A DNA stretch of 61,376 nucleotides, filler included, from 2 parts of 2 records of this genome joined end to end with filler, not necessarily neighbours in it, one strand, 5' to 3'. Shown: positions 42,146 to 53,599, numbered from the whole stretch's first letter. Translations and numbers: made by a program. The notes: generated by a model from the sequence alone, not told the origin.

Positions 42146-43324
42146 CTAAATTTGACCGTTAACAACCGCAGTCAGAACCCGATCCAATACTTCAAATTCA
42201 TCCGATAGCGAGAAGTGATGATTTCCAATGAAGAACCCATTTTGGTCAAGATCATTTGCATTTTTGAGATCGCCATAAATTGAATAGTCAAACCACTTCA
42301 TCGTTTGGTTTTTTGTAAAATTACCGGCGACGATAGGGCGTACTTCGATACCTGACTTGTTCAGTGCAGCAATGATCTGCCCTCTATCATAGCCCATGTC
42401 TGATTTGACGGTGAATGCGAACCCAAACCAGCTGCTCTGGCCAATTTCCCGTTGAATTCTCAGAAATGGGTATTTTTCCATCAAATCACGAAACTTTTCA
42501 GCATTCCTCCGACGCTCAAGCACCATATCTGGAAGCTTCTTGAGTTGTTCTATCCCTATTGCGCCACTCATCTCCAAAGGGCGTACATTGTAACCAGGTA
42601 AAATGAACCGGAACGATTCCTCGAAAGGATTATCGCTCATTGGGGCGACATGATTTTCTTTAGGTAAGTTACGCGTCCAACCGTGTGCACGAAGGCAAAG
42701 AAGAATATGATACAATTCTTCGTCGTCGGTTGTGATCAAGCCACCTTCCATTGTGGAGATGTGATGGCTGAAGAACGAACTGTAGCTTCCCATCAGTCCG
42801 AACGTACCAGCTTGTTTGCCACCAAAAAGTGCACCTAAAGACTCGCAGTTGTCTTCTAGGAGCAAGATGTCCCTGCCTTCGACAATTTTGTTTATAGCTG
42901 CGAAGTCATTGGGATTTCCGAGTAGGTTTACAACCATGATGACTTTAGTTGCGGGCGTGATTGCCCCTTCCAACTGTTCCAGGTCGTAATTCAGAGTTTC
43001 GGCATCGACGTCAACGAACCTAAGTTTAAGCCCATACTGATAAAGGGGATAATAGGTGGTACTCCAGGACACTGCCGGGACAATTACTTCCGTGCCCGGC
43101 AGAATGGGTGCGTTAGACCTATATCGCAACGCCGCAACCATGAGCAAATTTGCTGAAGAGCCGGAATTGACCATGACTGCATGATTGCTGCCTACAAATC
43201 TTGCAAATTCCTGTTCAAACTCAGCGACTTTCTTCCCCATTGTGAAAATGCCGGACTCAATTACTCGCTGAAGCGCCTCATATTCACGCTCGTCCCAAGT
43301 TGTACTTGCAAGTGGGTAATTCAT
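42146..43324 (-). CDS. colD: GDP-4-keto-6-deoxy-D-mannose 3-dehydratase (DegT/DnrJ family)
   Basis: YPLASTTW start; SFFSHHISTMEGG with His where aminotransferases have the PLP Lys; LRAHGWTRNLP; PGYNVRPLEMSGAIGIEQL, as recalled for E. coli ColD. Confidence 0.9.
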   Translation of the reverse strand: MNYPLASTTWDEREYEALQRVIESGIFTMGKKVAEFEQEFARFVGSNHAVMVNSGSSANLLMVAALRYRSNAPILPGTEVIVPAVSWSTTYYPLYQYGLKLRFVDVDAETLNYDLEQLEGAITPATKVIMVVNLLGNPNDFAAINKIVEGRDILLLEDNCESLGALFGGKQAGTFGLMGSYSSFFSHHISTMEGGLITTDDEELYHILLCLRAHGWTRNLPKENHVAPMSDNPFEESFRFILPGYNVRPLEMSGAIGIEQLKKLPDMVLERRRNAEKFRDLMEKYPFLRIQREIGQSSWFGFAFTVKSDMGYDRGQIIAALNKSGIEVRPIVAGNFTKNQTMKWFDYSIYGDLKNANDLDQNGFFIGNHHFSLSDEFEVLDRVLTAVVNGQI

Positions 43325-43325
43325 T

Positions 43326-44249
43326 TTATTCTCCAAGGGACAGGAAATATTCGTAGGTCTGGCGAATACCGTCATTCAGGCTAGTCTTGGGCTTCCAGCC
43401 CATTTCGGACTGCAAGCTGACATCTAGCAATTTTCGCTTCATGCCTACCGGCTTGGTCAAATCATGCGTAAATTTGCCGGAAAAGCCTATAACATTAGAT
43501 GTTATCTCGTAGTATTCATTAATGGTGAAGTCTTTCCCAACACCAACATTTGCTACCGTAGGCAGCTTCTCAAACTTACCCAAAAAGAAAACGATTGCGT
43601 CCGCCAAGTCCTCTGCAAACATGAATTCTCTGCGCGCTTCTCCTGTTCCCCAGATCTCAACCGTTTTGTTTTTGGCAAGTGTTGCCTGATGGATTTTGCG
43701 TATGACAGCAGGGACCAAATGGGAGACAGCAGGATCAAATTTGTCGAAGCGTCCATACAAGTTGCATGGAATTATCGTTTTATATTGAAACTCTGGCGTT
43801 TCACGAACGATGTATTCGCAAAGCCTTGCAACGGCACATTTGGCAAGAGCGTAGCCCTCATTGGTGGGTTCCAATGAGGCGCTGAGAACTTGAGCTTCTT
43901 TAAGGGGCGTGTCCTGATCCTTGGGATACATACAAGAACTGCCGATATTCAGGAGTTGAGGAACCCCTGCAGACCGAGCAGCCGTAATCAAGTTGCTGCC
44001 CATATTCCAATTGTCGGTCAAAAAGCGGACTGGGCTCGCGATATTGGCTTGAATCCCGCCAACGACGCCGGCGGCGTGCACAATGATGTCCGGCTTCTCT
44101 CGCTTCAGAAAAGCTTCGGTTTGGTCGAAATTCAGAAGATTGAGTTTCGAGCTGTCAGGAGCAATAAACTCAAAGTTGTCGGGGCGCTCATGCGCGAGCA
44201 AATTCTTCCCAACCATACCGGAACCGCCGGTCAGCAAAACTCTTGGCAT
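43326..44249 (-). CDS. colC: GDP-L-colitose synthase / GDP-L-fucose synthase family epimerase-reductase
   Basis: GGSGMVG, VGGIQAN, GSSCMYP, YALAK, WGTGEARREF; between gmd and colD. Confidence 0.8.
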   Translation of the reverse strand: MPRVLLTGGSGMVGKNLLAHERPDNFEFIAPDSSKLNLLNFDQTEAFLKREKPDIIVHAAGVVGGIQANIASPVRFLTDNWNMGSNLITAARSAGVPQLLNIGSSCMYPKDQDTPLKEAQVLSASLEPTNEGYALAKCAVARLCEYIVRETPEFQYKTIIPCNLYGRFDKFDPAVSHLVPAVIRKIHQATLAKNKTVEIWGTGEARREFMFAEDLADAIVFFLGKFEKLPTVANVGVGKDFTINEYYEITSNVIGFSGKFTHDLTKPVGMKRKLLDVSLQSEMGWKPKTSLNDGIRQTYEYFLSLGE

Positions 44250-44278
44250 TACAGTCCGAATCCCTGAAGCATTTAAGG

Positions 44279-45319
44279 CTAAGGCTTCATTTCCCGCAGA
44301 TCGCTTGTGACCATTTCCGAAATGAGATCGCGAACACTTCGATCATGCTTCCAGCCCAGTTTTTCGAATGCTTTCGTGGCATCACCAAGCAGTAGATCGA
44401 CTTCTGTCGGACGGAAGTACCGAGGGTCGATCTCAACAACAACCTTTCCGGTTGCCGCATCGACCCCTTTTTCATCTACACCGAAACCTTGCCACTCTAA
44501 CGCGATATCTACTTCAGAGAATGACCAATTAACAAAATCACGTACCGAGGTAGTCTTGCCTGTCGCCAGAACATAATCATCCGCCTTGTCCTGCTGCAGC
44601 ATCAGCCACATGCCGCGGACGTAGTCTTTTGCATGCCCCCAGTCACGTTCGGCGTCCAGGTTGCCAAGGTAGAGCTTGTCCTGAAGACCCAGTTTGATCG
44701 CGGCGGCGGCGCGAGTGATCTTGCGGGTCACGAAGGTTTCGCCGCGGATCGGGCTTTCGTGGTTGAAGAGGATGCCGTTGCTGGCGTGCATGCCGTAGGC
44801 TTCGCGGTAGTTGACGACGATCCAATAGGCGTAGAGCTTTGCTGCGGCATAGGGGCTTCTTGGATAGAAAGGTGTGGTTTCCGACTGCGGAACTTCCTGT
44901 ACCTTGCCGTAGAGCTCAGACGTGGATGCTTGGTAGAAGCGCGTTTTCTCGCTCAATCCGAGAAGCCGGATGGCCTCGAGCAGGCGCAGGGTACCGAGGG
45001 CGTCCGCGTTTCCCGTATATTCCGGGGTCTCAAAGGATACCTGAACGTGGCTCTGCGCGGCGAGGTTATATACTTCGTCCGGCTGCGTTTCCTGCATGAT
45101 GCGGATGAGGTTCGTTGAATCCGTCATGTCACCATAGTGCAGGTGCAGCTTCACATCACGGTCGTGCGGGTCCTGATAGAGATGATCGATCCGTCCTGTG
45201 TTGAACGACGATGACCGTCTCTTGATGCCGTGAACCGTATAGCCTTTCTCTAGCAGCAGTTCTGCGAGATAGGCGCCGTCCTGGCCAGTGATCCCCGTGA
45301 TGAGAGCTGTTTTTTGCAT
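44279..45319 (-). CDS. gmd: GDP-mannose 4,6-dehydratase
   Basis: [38 protein letters not shown]. Confidence 0.97.
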   Translation of the reverse strand: MQKTALITGITGQDGAYLAELLLEKGYTVHGIKRRSSSFNTGRIDHLYQDPHDRDVKLHLHYGDMTDSTNLIRIMQETQPDEVYNLAAQSHVQVSFETPEYTGNADALGTLRLLEAIRLLGLSEKTRFYQASTSELYGKVQEVPQSETTPFYPRSPYAAAKLYAYWIVVNYREAYGMHASNGILFNHESPIRGETFVTRKITRAAAAIKLGLQDKLYLGNLDAERDWGHAKDYVRGMWLMLQQDKADDYVLATGKTTSVRDFVNWSFSEVDIALEWQGFGVDEKGVDAATGKVVVEIDPRYFRPTEVDLLLGDATKAFEKLGWKHDRSVRDLISEMVTSDLREMKP

Positions 45320-45717
45320 CGGACTCTTTTGTCTCAATCCAGTTCCGTGAGAGCTTCTTCAAGAAGCAATGCGGACGTGAGTTTCATTTCTGCGGCGCTG
45401 GTGTTTGACAGAGTTCGCAAACGGTGGGTCATTCGCTGGCGTCCGACCGGCACCTCAATTCGCACCGAAGATTCCGGGCGTTATAGTCGGTTCCAAAATC
45501 AAAAGAAAGAGAACCCTGACCTCCGAGTGCTTTGAACATGCACTGGCAACAGCAAAAGTCATAATGATATGGCAACGCGCAGGTCAAAGATCACTGGCGT
45601 TCGGGCTGATGGCTTGGCATAACCGCGACGGCAACGAGCCGCCAGGCGAATTCAGGCGATTTCAAGCACGGGTGGATTAACGGTGGTCACTTCCGGCTTC
45701 ATTTGCAGACAGGTTTG

Positions 45718-46461
45718 ATGACAGACGCAGTGAAAATCGACGTACTTCTCGTTTCGGGGGCAAGGCCTGCGCTGTTGGAGAAAACTCTGGCAAGCTTTTC
45801 ACAGCGGTTGTTCAGGCATTTCGAGATCGGAACGCTTTGCGTCAACATCGATCCCTTTGAAGGCGGACTGGTGGAGGTTGAGGCCTGCGAGGAGATCTGC
45901 AAACAGCATTTCGCCAATGTCGTCACCCGCAAGCCTGACAAGCCTCACTTTACAAAAGCAATCCGCTGGCTTTGGTGCCAGCCGGTTGCGGACTGGTGCT
46001 TCCACCTGGAAGACGACTGGGTGCTGAACCGGGAGGTCCGCTCAGAAGAAGTCAGTAAGGCAATGACACGCGACGTTCGCCAGATCAGCCTGATGACGCG
46101 GGAAAAGAACTGGGGCTACCGGTCCCTCTATCATTATGAACCCGGCCGCAGGACATTCCTCGGAATGGATCTCGGCAAGGGTCTCAACAAGAAGCGGCCG
46201 ATCTTCGGAACCAGCCCTTCCTTCCTGCGCAGCGATTTCGCCGCAAGATGTGCCGAGCTGATGGATGAGACACTCGATCCGGAAAAACAGCTGAACTACA
46301 TGAACCCAGATCTGAATGCCTTTACCGCACAATTCAGGAACAGGTTCATCGGCGCGCGGCGCGACTATGTGGCGATCGACATCGGCCGGGAACACCGCGA
46401 TGCACTTGGGATAACCAAGGAAGTTATCGATGGAAACAGCGTCTGGAGCCGGACAGAGTAA
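45718..46461 (+). CDS. Putative GT-A fold glycosyltransferase
   Basis: RPALLEKTLASF, NIDP, FHLEDDW; lies in the glycan locus. Confidence 0.6.
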   Translation: MTDAVKIDVLLVSGARPALLEKTLASFSQRLFRHFEIGTLCVNIDPFEGGLVEVEACEEICKQHFANVVTRKPDKPHFTKAIRWLWCQPVADWCFHLEDDWVLNREVRSEEVSKAMTRDVRQISLMTREKNWGYRSLYHYEPGRRTFLGMDLGKGLNKKRPIFGTSPSFLRSDFAARCAELMDETLDPEKQLNYMNPDLNAFTAQFRNRFIGARRDYVAIDIGREHRDALGITKEVIDGNSVWSRTE

Positions 46462-46501
46462 GGCGCATCTTCAAGCACACAAAATACTGTCGCACTTGAG
46501 G

Positions 46502-47236
46502 TCAGCTGAAAAAGACGTTCCGTGTTGCCGGCGTATCGAAATCGAAGCCGAACAGTTCGATTTCGGTTTTGTACCAGTCGGCGACGATCCCGATATTCCT
46601 GTCGGTGTAGAATTTTCGCTGGTCGGCACGGGCATTGCGGGAGATATTGCGCTGTTCGAGCGTGTCATCTGCCCCAAGATATCTTGCCAGTTCCGGACCC
46701 AGTTTTTCCTGACGCAGGATATTGACCGCCACCTGCCCCCTCTCGTCGATCACATAGTCGCTTTGCGGGTACCAGCCGAGCGAGGCGCGGTGCCAAAAGA
46801 AATCAACCTTGCCCCACTCGTGGCGCGTCTCCAGAAATTCCTCGAACCCCTTCACTGTCAGATCGAATTCCGCCTCGTGGGATCCGCTTGTCTGTAGGTA
46901 GAACTTGAATCTGGAAAAAGTCCGTGCCCAGGGGTTGCGAACAACCGCAAAAGGCACCGTGCCAGCACGCACCGAAAGGTCGATATCCCGCAGCCGGGCA
47001 TGTTCGTAGCCCGGATGAAGCCCGCGATCCTTCATGAAGGTCATCAGCGCGTTTGCATAAGCCTTGCTTTTCAGGCGGCGCCGGTTGGCGAGAACCAGAT
47101 TGCCATCCAGCGCCTTGGCATGGCGCACCGACATGCCGCCGTTCTTGGGAATGTGGACGAGCAGGTGTTTTCTCGGCACCAGCCCCAGCCTGGCAGGCGC
47201 GAACTTGAGGAAATTCTTGAGCTGGTATTCGTCCAT
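46502..47236 (-). CDS. Sulfotransferase family 2 protein
   Basis: 5'-PSB HIPKNGGMSV and 3'-PB VVRNPWARTFS. Confidence 0.85.
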   Translation of the reverse strand: MDEYQLKNFLKFAPARLGLVPRKHLLVHIPKNGGMSVRHAKALDGNLVLANRRRLKSKAYANALMTFMKDRGLHPGYEHARLRDIDLSVRAGTVPFAVVRNPWARTFSRFKFYLQTSGSHEAEFDLTVKGFEEFLETRHEWGKVDFFWHRASLGWYPQSDYVIDERGQVAVNILRQEKLGPELARYLGADDTLEQRNISRNARADQRKFYTDRNIGIVADWYKTEIELFGFDFDTPATRNVFFS

Positions 47237-47333
47237 GCTGTCCGTCTCTTGAAAGCCGTGCCCTGCGCCTTCCCGCACATTGCACGGCTGACGGAAAGAC
47301 GTCGTTTCAGCCTGCTGCCGGGCGCGGCGACCG

Positions 47334-48242
47334 TCAGCGCCTGAGGTCGATCTGGTGGTGCCTTATCCCAATCTGCCAGGACTGTCCATTCATCGGCTCG
47401 CCGTCCAGATTGAACTGCACGGGCTGCTGGGTCTCGATTTTCAGATTGCGCACCTTGCGCTGGATCGGGCCGCCGTTGATGTCGTCAACGCCGCTGTCCA
47501 GCAGCACCGACAAAAGGTCGATGACCTTGCCCGTCTGCGGGAAGGGAACGATGGTCAGATCGAGGAAGCCGTCATCGAGCTTGGCATCGGGACACAGCCG
47601 AATGCCGCCACCGGCGCGGCGGCCATTGCCCACGGCGAGGGCCAGGAACGAGCCCTCCCAGGAGAAATCGTCCGCCTCGATACGGGCTTCGCAGGCCGAA
47701 AGTTCCGAAAACCGCTGCAGACCTGTGAAGAGATAGGCAGCCCCGCCAAGAACGCGCTTCAGGTTCGGGTCGGTCTGTGATGTCACCTGTGAACCGAAGC
47801 CGCCAGTCGCCATGTTGATGAACACACAGCCGTTGACCTCGCCAATGTCGGTCGGTTTGGCGGATGCGCGCACGGCAAACCTCAGGCAGGAGGTGATGTC
47901 CGCCGGATCAAGGCCAATGTGATTGGCAAAGTCATTTGCCGTTCCAAGAGGCAGAACCGCAAATGAAAAGGGAGGTTTTTCCCCTTCGGGCAAATCATGC
48001 AGGGCCGCATCCAGAACCTCGTTCAAGGTGCCATCGCCTCCGCCGCTGACAAGCGTGTCGATCCGCTCGCTTTCGTGATCGCGCAGGGCATCGCGAACCA
48101 GTCTCTCGACATCGCCGGCCTCATAGGTCACGCGAACGGAGACATTGTGGCCCATGGACCGGACGGCCTCCACCGCACTGCGGACATCGTCGCGGCCGGC
48201 GGACTTGCCATTGAGGATCAGGCGCAGATGGTGCTTTTCCAA
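47334..48242 (-). CDS. yegS: Lipid kinase, YegS/DAGK family
   Basis: LILNGKS, GGGDGTLNEV, LPLGTANDFA, NMATGGFG. Confidence 0.9.
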   Translation of the reverse strand: MEKHHLRLILNGKSAGRDDVRSAVEAVRSMGHNVSVRVTYEAGDVERLVRDALRDHESERIDTLVSGGGDGTLNEVLDAALHDLPEGEKPPFSFAVLPLGTANDFANHIGLDPADITSCLRFAVRASAKPTDIGEVNGCVFINMATGGFGSQVTSQTDPNLKRVLGGAAYLFTGLQRFSELSACEARIEADDFSWEGSFLALAVGNGRRAGGGIRLCPDAKLDDGFLDLTIVPFPQTGKVIDLLSVLLDSGVDDINGGPIQRKVRNLKIETQQPVQFNLDGEPMNGQSWQIGIRHHQIDLRR

Positions 48243-48509
48243 TTACGTCTCCTTGTCCCTGCTGCTTTCCTACACGAGCAGGGAAAATTGCCATCAGGCA
48301 TGGCAGCAGATCATAACCCGAGGCCGGGCTATGGCAGTTTGAAAGCGAGACTGGTCTCTCCGAATGGTGCCTTTGAGCAAAACGCCGGCAAGGTGCAATC
48401 GTTCCGCCGAAAAGTGGGCCATGTGCCCGCCAGTTTCAATTTCTTCCGATCGCTAAAAAGTCAGGTCCAGGGGAACCGTCGTGCGGGACGCACTGTCTTG
48501 ATGCCTGCT

Positions 48510-49433
48510 TCAGCCCGGCAGCATGGTTTCCCGGCGCGTCCGTGCGGTGCGGGCTTCCTCCATCAGCCATTTTCGGAATGCAGACACCACCGGCCGCATC
48601 GTCCGGCCCTCCGGATAGACGAAATAATACGCCGTCTGCTGTGACAGGGAGAGGTCGAAAAGCCGGACGAGACGTCCTGAGGCCAGTTCCGCCTCGACGA
48701 AAAAACGCGGGATCAACGCGGCTCCGGCGTGGTGGATCGCAGCCTCGGAGATCATGACGAACTGTTCGAAACGCGCGCCTTGGAAGGCGGCATCTGTTTC
48801 CACGCCTGCAAGATCAAACCACTGCCGCCAGGCAAGCGGACGTGTTGCAAGCTGCAGGCGCGGCACGCGGGCAAGATCGGCAGGTGTGCGGATCTGGTGC
48901 CGATCGCGAAAGACGCGTGAGGCAACGGGGATGACTTCCTCGTCGAACAGCCGCTCGGCGATCGCCCCCGCCCAGACCGGGTCGCCGTGGTGAATGGCGC
49001 CGTCAAACGGCTCCTCGTCAAAATCGAACGGCTGCAGGCGCACACTCAGATTGAGGCCTGCGTCCGGATACCGGCGCCCGAAATCGGCAATCCGCGGAGC
49101 CAGCCAGCGGGTGCCAAAGGTCGGCAGAACCGCGAGGTTGAGGACGTCCGCACTGCCGGCATAGGACATCACCTGCCGCGTGGCCGCGGTCATCTGCTCC
49201 AGTGCCCCTCGGATGTCGTGAAGGTAGATCCGGCCTGCGTCGGTCAGGACAATGCGCTGGCGAACACGCCGAAACAGCTCGACGCCCAGCCTGTCTTCCA
49301 GCTGGCGAACCTGCTTGGACACTGCGCCCTGCGTCAGGTGCAGTTCCTCCGCGGCGCGGGTAAAGCTCAGATGCCGGGCGGCACATTCGAACGCGATCAG
49401 CGTGTCTGCCGGCGGGACGAAGGCGCGCCGCAT
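48510..49433 (-). CDS. GcvA-type LysR regulator divergent from gcdH (GcdR-like)
   Basis: FECAARHLSFTRAAEELHLTQGAVSKQV; LPTFGTRWL. Confidence 0.9.
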   Translation of the reverse strand: MRRAFVPPADTLIAFECAARHLSFTRAAEELHLTQGAVSKQVRQLEDRLGVELFRRVRQRIVLTDAGRIYLHDIRGALEQMTAATRQVMSYAGSADVLNLAVLPTFGTRWLAPRIADFGRRYPDAGLNLSVRLQPFDFDEEPFDGAIHHGDPVWAGAIAERLFDEEVIPVASRVFRDRHQIRTPADLARVPRLQLATRPLAWRQWFDLAGVETDAAFQGARFEQFVMISEAAIHHAGAALIPRFFVEAELASGRLVRLFDLSLSQQTAYYFVYPEGRTMRPVVSAFRKWLMEEARTARTRRETMLPG

Positions 49434-49449
49434 GGCAAATTCCCCTACT

Positions 49450-49472
49450 TCATTCCATTTCGTCATGAATGA
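49450..49472. promoter_or_regulatory. Inverted-repeat operator between the LysR gene and gcdH
   Basis: TCATTC-N11-GAATGA in the divergent promoter region. Confidence 0.5.
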
Positions 49473-49590
49473 TGGACGAGGTTTCGCTTTTACGCAAACG
49501 GATTTGAGGCAAGACTAGAGGAAATAGAATGACCCTGGCCGTCTAGCGGCCGCACATCATTGGCCGGATCACGGCCTGGGAGACACGACC

Positions 49591-50808
<1,218 letters not shown>

Positions 50809-50929
50809 GACCCTGAAGTCATGACATTTGATGCGGGCGGCCAAGCCGCCCGTCTCTCGTTCGGTTCTCTTGAAAAGGGTTTGCGTCAGCAGGCCCGTTG
50901 TTTTTCCTGACAGCGCTTGAGGAGGCTCC

Positions 50930-52111
50930 ATGGCGGACCAGACTGCGGATGTCGTCATCGTAGGGGGAGCCGTCATGGGCTCGTCCGTCGCCTGCCACCT
51001 GGCCATGCGCGACGATTTTTCCGGACGCATCGTCGTTATCGAGGCGGATCCCGCCTATGAAACCTGCGCTTCCGCGCGTTCGGCAGCGTCCATTCGCCAG
51101 CAGTTCTCCAGCGCCATCAACATCGAGATTTCGCTTTACGGCATCCGCTTTCTGCGGGAGATCGGAGCAGCGCTCAACGTGAACGGCGACAGGCCCGCGA
51201 TCGATCTTCACGAGGGTGGCTACCTGTTTCTGGCAACGCCCGACAAGCTCAATATCCTTCAGGAAAATCACCGCCTGCAGCAGCAGCTCGGCGCGGATAT
51301 CGCCTTTCTTGACCCGGACGGTCTCAAGGCGAAGTTCCCCTGGCTGGAGGTTTCCGACCTTGCCGCAGGCTGCCATGGCGTCACAGGCGAAGGCTGGTTC
51401 GACGGCTATGGCCTTATGCAGGCCTTCCGCAAGAAGGCCCGGTCGCTGGATGTCGACTACATTGCCGCAAAGGCCAGGGTGGCATCCGACGGCAATGGCG
51501 GCTGGAGTGTTGAGCTATCGACGGGCGAGAGACTGTCGACACCTGTCGTCGTCAATTGCGCCGGAGCTTCCGGCGGGGCCGAGCTTTGCCGTCAGGCCGG
51601 AATGGACGTTCCGATCGTTTCCAAAAAGCGCTGCGTCTTTACCTTTGAATGCAAGGACAAGCTGGAGCGTTTTCCGCTGCTGATCGATCCGAACGGCACC
51701 TATGCGCGCCCGGAAGGCACCGGCTACATCTGCGGTTCGGCGCCGCCTGAAGATCGCGATCCGGACTGCCACGATTTCGACGTCGATTATGGCCTTTTCG
51801 AAGAACATATCTGGCCGACACTGGCAACGCGCGTTCCCGCTTTCGAGGCAATCCGGCCGGGAGCTGCCTGGGCCGGCTGCTATGACATGAACCTCTTCGA
51901 CCACAACGCCTTTGTCGGCGCAGTGCAGGGGCTGGACGGGTTCTATCTGGCACTCGGGTTTTCAGGACATGGTCTGCAGCAGTCACCCGCGGTTGGGCGC
52001 GGCCTTGCGGAACTGGTCGTGACAGGCGGCTATCAGACGCTGGATCTCTCACCGCTGGCGTTCGACCGGCTGGCTGCCGGAACACCGATTATCGAAAAGA
52101 ACGTGGTCTGA
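50930..52111 (+). CDS. FAD-dependent oxidoreductase (DAO/FOXRED1-like)
   Basis: VGGAVMGSS, SAASIRQQFS, GFSGHGLQQSPAVG. Confidence 0.88.
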   Translation: MADQTADVVIVGGAVMGSSVACHLAMRDDFSGRIVVIEADPAYETCASARSAASIRQQFSSAINIEISLYGIRFLREIGAALNVNGDRPAIDLHEGGYLFLATPDKLNILQENHRLQQQLGADIAFLDPDGLKAKFPWLEVSDLAAGCHGVTGEGWFDGYGLMQAFRKKARSLDVDYIAAKARVASDGNGGWSVELSTGERLSTPVVVNCAGASGGAELCRQAGMDVPIVSKKRCVFTFECKDKLERFPLLIDPNGTYARPEGTGYICGSAPPEDRDPDCHDFDVDYGLFEEHIWPTLATRVPAFEAIRPGAAWAGCYDMNLFDHNAFVGAVQGLDGFYLALGFSGHGLQQSPAVGRGLAELVVTGGYQTLDLSPLAFDRLAAGTPIIEKNVV

Positions 52112-52122
52112 CCGTCTGAAGC

Positions 52123-53211
52123 TTACTCGGCCACCAGCAAGGGCGTGACAGGTCCGTCCTCGACCTTGCTCGTCTGGGCGCTGGATACCTTGGGCAGGGT
52201 CAATGGATTGGCGGGGCTGATCTCCGCCTTTTCCGGTGCTGCGTCAGGCGTTTCCGCCGAAATATCGTCCGGGATTTCTGCCGCGCCTTCCGTCAACGCT
52301 TCGGCATTGTCGGTAACCGGGCCAGAGTTGCTGCCGCTGTCTTCAGCGTCCATCGTCTCCACCAGAGGCTCTTCCACCGGCAAGGGCAGGCTTTCAACCT
52401 GGTTCTGACCAGATGAGGCACCGCCCACCGACGTCCAGTCCACCAGCCGGGTCATTGCATCCTGCAGGACGGCCGTCAGACGGGCCATTCGCACCTTGTC
52501 CGGCTCGAAAGGCGGTGACTCATGGCGCAGGTAAGAGCGTTGTGCCAGCAGCAACGTCATCGCATGCAGGCCGCGGTCCGGTCGACCGAACGTATGGGTG
52601 ATGAAACCACCCTGGGTCTGCTCATCGACGCTGACCGTATACCCTTCCCGCCCCTTGAACGAGCCGACCAGCACATTGCGCAGGTCCGGATCACACGACT
52701 TTCCGCCCGCCGTGCCGATACTGACCAGCGGCAGTCCATTTTCGGTTACGCCCTTGATGTTCGAGCGCATGGACTGGCAATCGAGCACGATCACCTTGCG
52801 ATGACTACGCAAAAGCCGGTCGATCTGGCGGCGCAGGGCCTTGTGGAAGGGCGTATAGAAAAGCAGCGTGCGTTGTTCGATCTCGGTCGGGCCAGGCTCT
52901 TCGCCTTCCTGATAGATGCGCTTGCCATCCAGCGTGGTGGCGGGACACAAGGCGCGCGCTGGATCCGGCGCAGCGCTGACAGGTGTCTTGGGATCGCGGT
53001 CCAGATCGACAACGTAGCGGGAAATGGTGGAGCGCAGCACTGTCGCGCTCAACTCTCCGTGAAAGTCGAACACGCGTTCCAGGCGCCAGGCGAGATCGGC
53101 CTGAAGACGGCCCGTGGCGTTCAGTCTTTTTTCGACAGCGTTCGGGATCTCCGTGCCCGAATGGGGCAGGCAGACAATCAGCGGGCTTTGTCCTTCTTCA
53201 ACCAGGATCAT
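52123..53211 (-). CDS. N-formylglutamate amidohydrolase (HutG)-like protein, degenerate active site, acidic tail
   Basis: PHSGT, SRYVVDLDR, PFHKAL and GGFIT retained; DCQS and HAMTLL replace canonical DxHS and HAxQxE. Confidence 0.8.
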   Translation of the reverse strand: MILVEEGQSPLIVCLPHSGTEIPNAVEKRLNATGRLQADLAWRLERVFDFHGELSATVLRSTISRYVVDLDRDPKTPVSAAPDPARALCPATTLDGKRIYQEGEEPGPTEIEQRTLLFYTPFHKALRRQIDRLLRSHRKVIVLDCQSMRSNIKGVTENGLPLVSIGTAGGKSCDPDLRNVLVGSFKGREGYTVSVDEQTQGGFITHTFGRPDRGLHAMTLLLAQRSYLRHESPPFEPDKVRMARLTAVLQDAMTRLVDWTSVGGASSGQNQVESLPLPVEEPLVETMDAEDSGSNSGPVTDNAEALTEGAAEIPDDISAETPDAAPEKAEISPANPLTLPKVSSAQTSKVEDGPVTPLLVAE

Positions 53212-53599
53212 GCTGCAACGCCTAAACGACGAGACCAAACGGCCTCTAACTTGGAGAATTTACTTAACGGAAACAAGACATTTTCTTTACAACCAGAAGA
53301 CACGCAATCACACCCGCGACAAGGCATGGTCGAATAGATCATTGTTTCCAGCAGCTTGCCAACCCTTATTGCCTGCACCGCTTCCGGGTGAAAGCCGTTT
53401 CCGGTCCGAAGCTCTCTTTCCCACACTATTTCGCGGTCGCACAAACCATCGTATCGCGCATGTTAATCCGGCGAGCTGACCAACTGGCGTCTTGACGGAT
53501 GCCTGCAGGCGGGCAATTTTCACAGCAACACATCTTTCGGCGGCCAAGGCTGCCCCATCCCCTTCCGTTCAGGATCTGCCTTCAAACGAGGACCCGGCC

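Noticed and set aside
42146-43324. Perosamine synthase or other sugar aminotransferase call
   Set aside because: The catalytic Lys position holds His, as in ColD dehydratases.
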